DNA of 64,000 nt from Alphaproteobacteria bacterium MarineAlpha5_Bin12 (GTDB lineage: Bacteria; Pseudomonadota; Alphaproteobacteria; HIMB59; GCA-002718135): the NCBI GenBank assembly GCA_002937855.1, contig PTKS01000005.1, positions 64,230 through 128,229 of the forward strand. Direction: 5' to 3'. Positions 60,142-64,000 of the stretch are shown piece by piece. The first letter of the stretch is position 1, and the number at the start of each line of letters is the position of its first letter. A program made the position numbers and the translations under genes. The notes under the pieces are model-generated. The model ran no database searches. It was not told the DNA's origin and saw only the letters and a program-made list of their open reading frames with translations.

Positions 60142-61147
60142 TGAAAGTACTGATATTTTTAAAGATACTTTAGATTCAGTTAAAACTTCTATTAAACAAT
60201 CAGGATTGATAGCTAAACTACTTCCTTTAGAAAATAACAATAGGATATTTGCAGCTTATAAATTACCAGAAAAACAAATTAGCCTTATTGCAGAAGTTCC
60301 AACTAAATTTGTTAAATTTGAAAAGCAATTTGAATCAAAAGGATTCAGCGTTACAAATAAAAAAAAAGATACCAATAATGATGTTACGCAAGTTATTATT
60401 TCTTTGATTGATAATAATTATAAGGATGTTTTTTTTGAAATTACTGAGCTTTTTATTAAAAAAATTAAAAATATAAAAGATGACAGAGATTTTTATAATA
60501 TCCTTATTGAAAGAATAGAAATATATTCAAATTTTTTTGATAAACATTCAAAACAAGGATTACTTATTAATGCACAACAAGGCCTTTATGCTGAATTAGA
60601 TATTATGGAAAATTTTTTCATCAAATATTTTAACATACCTCTTACTCTTGAAATGTGGCAAGCCCCTCAAAGTGGGTTACATGATTTTACTTATAAGGGT
60701 GTTTCTATGGAAGTAAAATCAACTCATAAATTTCCAGCTCAAGACGTAAGTATTTCAAGCGAATTTCAACTAAATGACAAAAGAGTTTCTAATTTATATC
60801 TTGCTGTACTAGAGGTTAAGCGAGGATCAATTGGAGGAGAAAGTATAAGAGAAAAAATTGAAAAAATTAGAGAATTAATTGCGTCTCAAAACTCAGAATT
60901 AAATACTAAATTCAATGATCTTCTTAATAAATATGGTTATTATGATGCTCATTCACACAACTATTATGTAAGTTTTAAAACTAATTTAGTTCATTATTAC
61001 AAAGTTGTGGAAAATTTTCCACGAATACTACCTGACAGAATTTTAGATGGTGTTAAAAGTATTAGATATAAAATAGATTTAAATAAATGTGTAAATTTTA
61101 TCACTGAAGGAAGTTCTATTAAACAAAATTTTAAAGATGTCGTATAA
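60134..61147 (+). CDS. PD-(D/E)XK motif protein (restriction-endonuclease fold)
   Basis: GLHDF...VSMEVKST gives the D...E-x-K motif. The ATG at 60134 overlaps the Z1 stop (ATGAATAA), and the track ORF start at 60086 is an alternative. The position between Z1 and AIPR is as in the known neighbourhood. Confidence 0.7.
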   Translation: MNNESTDIFKDTLDSVKTSIKQSGLIAKLLPLENNNRIFAAYKLPEKQISLIAEVPTKFVKFEKQFESKGFSVTNKKKDTNNDVTQVIISLIDNNYKDVFFEITELFIKKIKNIKDDRDFYNILIERIEIYSNFFDKHSKQGLLINAQQGLYAELDIMENFFIKYFNIPLTLEMWQAPQSGLHDFTYKGVSMEVKSTHKFPAQDVSISSEFQLNDKRVSNLYLAVLEVKRGSIGGESIREKIEKIRELIASQNSELNTKFNDLLNKYGYYDAHSHNYYVSFKTNLVHYYKVVENFPRILPDRILDGVKSIRYKIDLNKCVNFITEGSSIKQNFKDVV

Positions 61148-63167
61148 TCAAGAACTTAAAAATTTTTCTTATAAAATTCATAGTAGTTCAATTGAACTTG
61201 ATACTTTTAAAGAAAATGGATTTTCACATGCTTGTTGTCAAATACTTTCTGATTCAGGAGTTATAGAAAACTATGAAATTTTACATTTTGAAAAAAAAAT
61301 TTACAACACTGAAATTAAAATTAATGGATATGGACTTGATGATGAAAAAGAAAATTTAGATTTATTTGTATGTCATTTTGAAGGATCAATTAATCCAAAA
61401 AAAATTGAATCATCTAAATTAAAAACTGCAGGAAAAAAAATATCCAATTTTTTTAAAGAATCTCTTAAAGGATTATCTAATAATCTTCCAAAGAATTCTG
61501 ATCCTTATTCTGTAGCAAGATTAATTAAAGATATAGAAAAAAAACTTAACAGAGTAAGGATATTTATTTTTACAGATGGAACTAGTGATATTAAAACCAT
61601 TATCACTGATAAAGTTTCGGGTATTGATGTTACTATTGAATTTTTTGATCTTGGAAAATTATATGAATTGTCGGTTCTTGGAAGTGTAACTGATAATATA
61701 AAAGTAAAATTTGATACAAATATAGACAAGATTGAATGTATTAAGTCTTCTACTACACCAAAAGACTTAGAAAGTTATCTTGCTATTATCCCTGGAGAAA
61801 CTTTATATAGACTTTATGAAGCTTGGGGATCTCAATTAATGGAACTAAATGTAAGATCATTTCTTCAATCAACAGGAAAAGTAAATAAAGGTATTAGAAC
61901 AACACTTCTAGAAGAACCAAACATGTTTTTTTCTTACAATAATGGAATAGCTGCAACCGCAGAAAAAATTAAATTTTCAATAGGGGAAGATGGCAGGCAA
62001 TATATAAATGAAATAATTGGATTTCAGATAGTAAATGGAGGGCAAACAACAGCAAGTATTCATAGATCAAAAAAAGTAGATGGTATTGATTTGAGTGAAA
62101 TTTCAGTACCAACAAAAATTTCTGTTATAAAAAAAGAAGATATACGTAAGGTGGTTCCTTTAATTTCTCGTTATTCAAATAGTCAGAATGCTGTTAAACA
62201 ATCTGATTTTCATTCTGATAATGTTTATCACAAAAAAATTGATGAAATAAGTAAAAAAATTTTTATCCCTGGGGAAAGTGGTAGATGGTTTTTTGAAAGA
62301 AAATCTGGTGAATATCAAAATGAAAAATTTCGACATAGTGCTAATTCAGATAGTAAAAATAGATTTAATAAACTCATTCCAACATTTAGAAAAATTTCAA
62401 AGGAAGATTTGGCTAAATACATTAATTGTTGGGAAGGATTGCCTTATGTTGTCTGTACCGGAGTGCAGAAAAATTTTATTCATTTTATGAATAACCATGC
62501 TGTTGAAGCAGTTAAAGAAAAGATAATTGATAATGATTATTTCAAAGATATCATTTCTCAATCAATAATTTTTAGAAGTGTTGAAAAAATAATTAAGTCA
62601 TCTGATGTACCAGCATATAGATCTCAAGTTTGTACTTATACAGTTTCATTACTTTCTAATTTATCTAGAAAAAATTTTAATCTTGCAGCAGTTTGGCAGG
62701 ATCAACAAATTTCTAATGAATTAAATGAAATGTTAATTTTATGGGTTAATAAAGTATATGATAAACTTCGAAAAAGTGCAGACTCTAAAAATAAAAATCC
62801 CTCTGAATGGTTTAAAAAAATGGAATGTTGGAAAGAATTAAAAAATCAAAATTTTTCAATCTCAGGTAATAATGTTCCTATTGAACTAAAAGGTTCAAAA
62901 AAAGTTATTAAAACGAAAAAATTTATTGTTGATGATGATTATAAAGAAAATATGAGAAAATGTAAAAGTGTCTCTCCTAATGGGTGGCTTAAAATAGCTG
63001 AATTCATTCAAGATGATCCTGACTTAAGCAAAGAATTTCATGGCATGTGTTTAACTCTTAAAGATATGGCTAATGATGATTGGTATGAAGACCCAACTCC
63101 TCATATTGCTGAAGAAGCTTCTGCTATAATTGATTTAGCAGTTGATCAAGGTATAATTAGAATTTAA
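61137..63167 (+). CDS. AIPR (abortive infection phage resistance) family protein
   Basis: 676 aa. The core VRSFLQ.TGKVNKGIRTTL...P..FFSYNNGIAATA...IVNGGQTTASI is the AIPR signature. 11-nt overlap with the preceding gene. Confidence 0.85.
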   Translation: MSYNQELKNFSYKIHSSSIELDTFKENGFSHACCQILSDSGVIENYEILHFEKKIYNTEIKINGYGLDDEKENLDLFVCHFEGSINPKKIESSKLKTAGKKISNFFKESLKGLSNNLPKNSDPYSVARLIKDIEKKLNRVRIFIFTDGTSDIKTIITDKVSGIDVTIEFFDLGKLYELSVLGSVTDNIKVKFDTNIDKIECIKSSTTPKDLESYLAIIPGETLYRLYEAWGSQLMELNVRSFLQSTGKVNKGIRTTLLEEPNMFFSYNNGIAATAEKIKFSIGEDGRQYINEIIGFQIVNGGQTTASIHRSKKVDGIDLSEISVPTKISVIKKEDIRKVVPLISRYSNSQNAVKQSDFHSDNVYHKKIDEISKKIFIPGESGRWFFERKSGEYQNEKFRHSANSDSKNRFNKLIPTFRKISKEDLAKYINCWEGLPYVVCTGVQKNFIHFMNNHAVEAVKEKIIDNDYFKDIISQSIIFRSVEKIIKSSDVPAYRSQVCTYTVSLLSNLSRKNFNLAAVWQDQQISNELNEMLILWVNKVYDKLRKSADSKNKNPSEWFKKMECWKELKNQNFSISGNNVPIELKGSKKVIKTKKFIVDDDYKENMRKCKSVSPNGWLKIAEFIQDDPDLSKEFHGMCLTLKDMANDDWYEDPTPHIAEEASAIIDLAVDQGIIRI

Positions 63168-63199
63168 TAATTTAAACAAAAAGAAAATTATAATTTCAT

Positions 63200-64000
63200 A
63201 TGTATATTAAAATCGTAGATCTATTTGCTGGAATAGGGGGTATAAGATTAGGAGTCGAAAATGCTGCAAAAAAACTTAAGATAAAAACAGAAACAGTTTT
63301 TGCATGTGATATCAATGAAAAAGCAAGATCAGTCTATAGAGAAAATTTTATAAAACCCGATATTCAGGGCGACATAAGATCAATTGATAATTATAAAAAA
63401 ACTATTGGCAAACATGATCTTTTGCTAGCAGGTTTTCCTTGCCCGCCTTTTTCTCTTGCCGGTGTTGTTAAGAGAAAATTTTTAAACAAAAAACATGGAT
63501 TTGCAGATCGTAAAGGAAACTTATTTCCAGATATTATTAAAGTTTTGGAACAAACAAAACCAAAAGCATTTCTTTTAGAAAATGTTAGTCATCTTAAGAG
63601 TCATAATAAGGGTAAAACTTTTGCTAGAATATTAAAAGCTCTCGAAGATGTAAAGTATAAAACCATTAAAACAGAAATTTTAAACGCTAAAGATTTTGGT
63701 TTACCTCAATCAAGAAAACGTGTTTTTATTATAGGATTTAGAAAAAAAACTCTATTTAATTTTCCTTCATCAATAAATTCAAAAACCTCTGTAAATGATA
63801 TTTTACAAAAGAAAGTGGATGACAAGTATTTTATAACAAAAAAATTATGGAAGAGTCACAAAGAAAGAAAAGAAAGAAACAAAAGAAGAGGGGTAGGATT
63901 TGGCTATAGTCTTGTGAAAAATACTGACAGTTATACTCGCACATTAAGTGCTAGATATTACAAGGATGGCAGCGAGATACTTCTTAAAGTAAAAGGAAGT
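63200..64000 (+). CDS. dcm: DNA (cytosine-5)-methyltransferase, 3'-truncated by the window edge
   Basis: Own translation from ATG 63200, open to the window end (267 codons). Motif I is IVDLFAGIGGIRLG, motif IV GFPCPPFSLAG, motif VI LLENV, motif VIII QSRKRVFIIG, then TLSARYYKDGSE. Confidence 0.9.
   Translation, partial: MYIKIVDLFAGIGGIRLGVENAAKKLKIKTETVFACDINEKARSVYRENFIKPDIQGDIRSIDNYKKTIGKHDLLLAGFPCPPFSLAGVVKRKFLNKKHGFADRKGNLFPDIIKVLEQTKPKAFLLENVSHLKSHNKGKTFARILKALEDVKYKTIKTEILNAKDFGLPQSRKRVFIIGFRKKTLFNFPSSINSKTSVNDILQKKVDDKYFITKKLWKSHKERKERNKRRGVGFGYSLVKNTDSYTRTLSARYYKDGSEILLKVKGS

Noticed and set aside
48481-64000. Prophage or integrative element interpretation of the island
   Set aside because: No integrase, recombinase, terminase, capsid, tail or replication genes appear in the visible 15.5 kb. 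The content is defence-type only. An element border beyond the window end cannot be excluded.
1-64000. CRISPR arrays, rRNA or tRNA genes, large direct or inverted repeats
   Set aside because: Reading through the few spacers longer than 80 nt (36312-36495, 40771-40850, 48481-48585, 51069-51163) revealed no repeat-spacer periodicity or structured-RNA hallmarks. A covariance-model scan (tRNAscan-SE/Infernal) would be needed to be definitive.

Overview
Very AT-rich, gene-dense window with short or overlapping intergenic spacers. Composition, gene content and synteny suggest a streamlined marine alphaproteobacterium (SAR11/Pelagibacterales-like), but this is unverified inference. Positions 1-48480 are core genes. 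They include trpB/trpF, pyrF, ihfB-rpsA-cmk-aroA, lptCAB-kdsD, LPS-core glycosyltransferases and thrS-infC-rpmI-rplT-pheST. They also include lepA, xseA, a lipid A block (lpxL-lpxK-waaA-DUF374-msbA), ubiA, and an aa3-type cytochrome oxidase cluster with split subunit III plus pseudoazurin and Cox11. The core region ends with thrC, a redox/thiol block and a co-directional metabolic cluster. From about 48.5 kb to the window edge the content switches to an accessory, defence-island-like region with no integrase, transposase or tRNA visible. It holds three modules. (i) A minus-strand four-gene operon: DUF6569/ARPP-1-like protein, an unlisted 34-aa TM peptide, a DUF2130-type Zn-ribbon/coiled-coil/PD-(D/E)XK protein and a 103-aa membrane protein. 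(ii) A divergently oriented long-arm ABC/SMC-like ATPase with a tightly coupled 386-aa protein that has no motif I can recognise. (iii) A divergent RpoH-like sigma factor, a small TerB-like protein, and a GHKL(paraMORC-like)-Z1-PD-(D/E)XK-AIPR-Dcm cluster that runs off the window. Modules (i) and (ii) are my best candidates for an undescribed system. No rRNA, tRNA or CRISPR array was seen.
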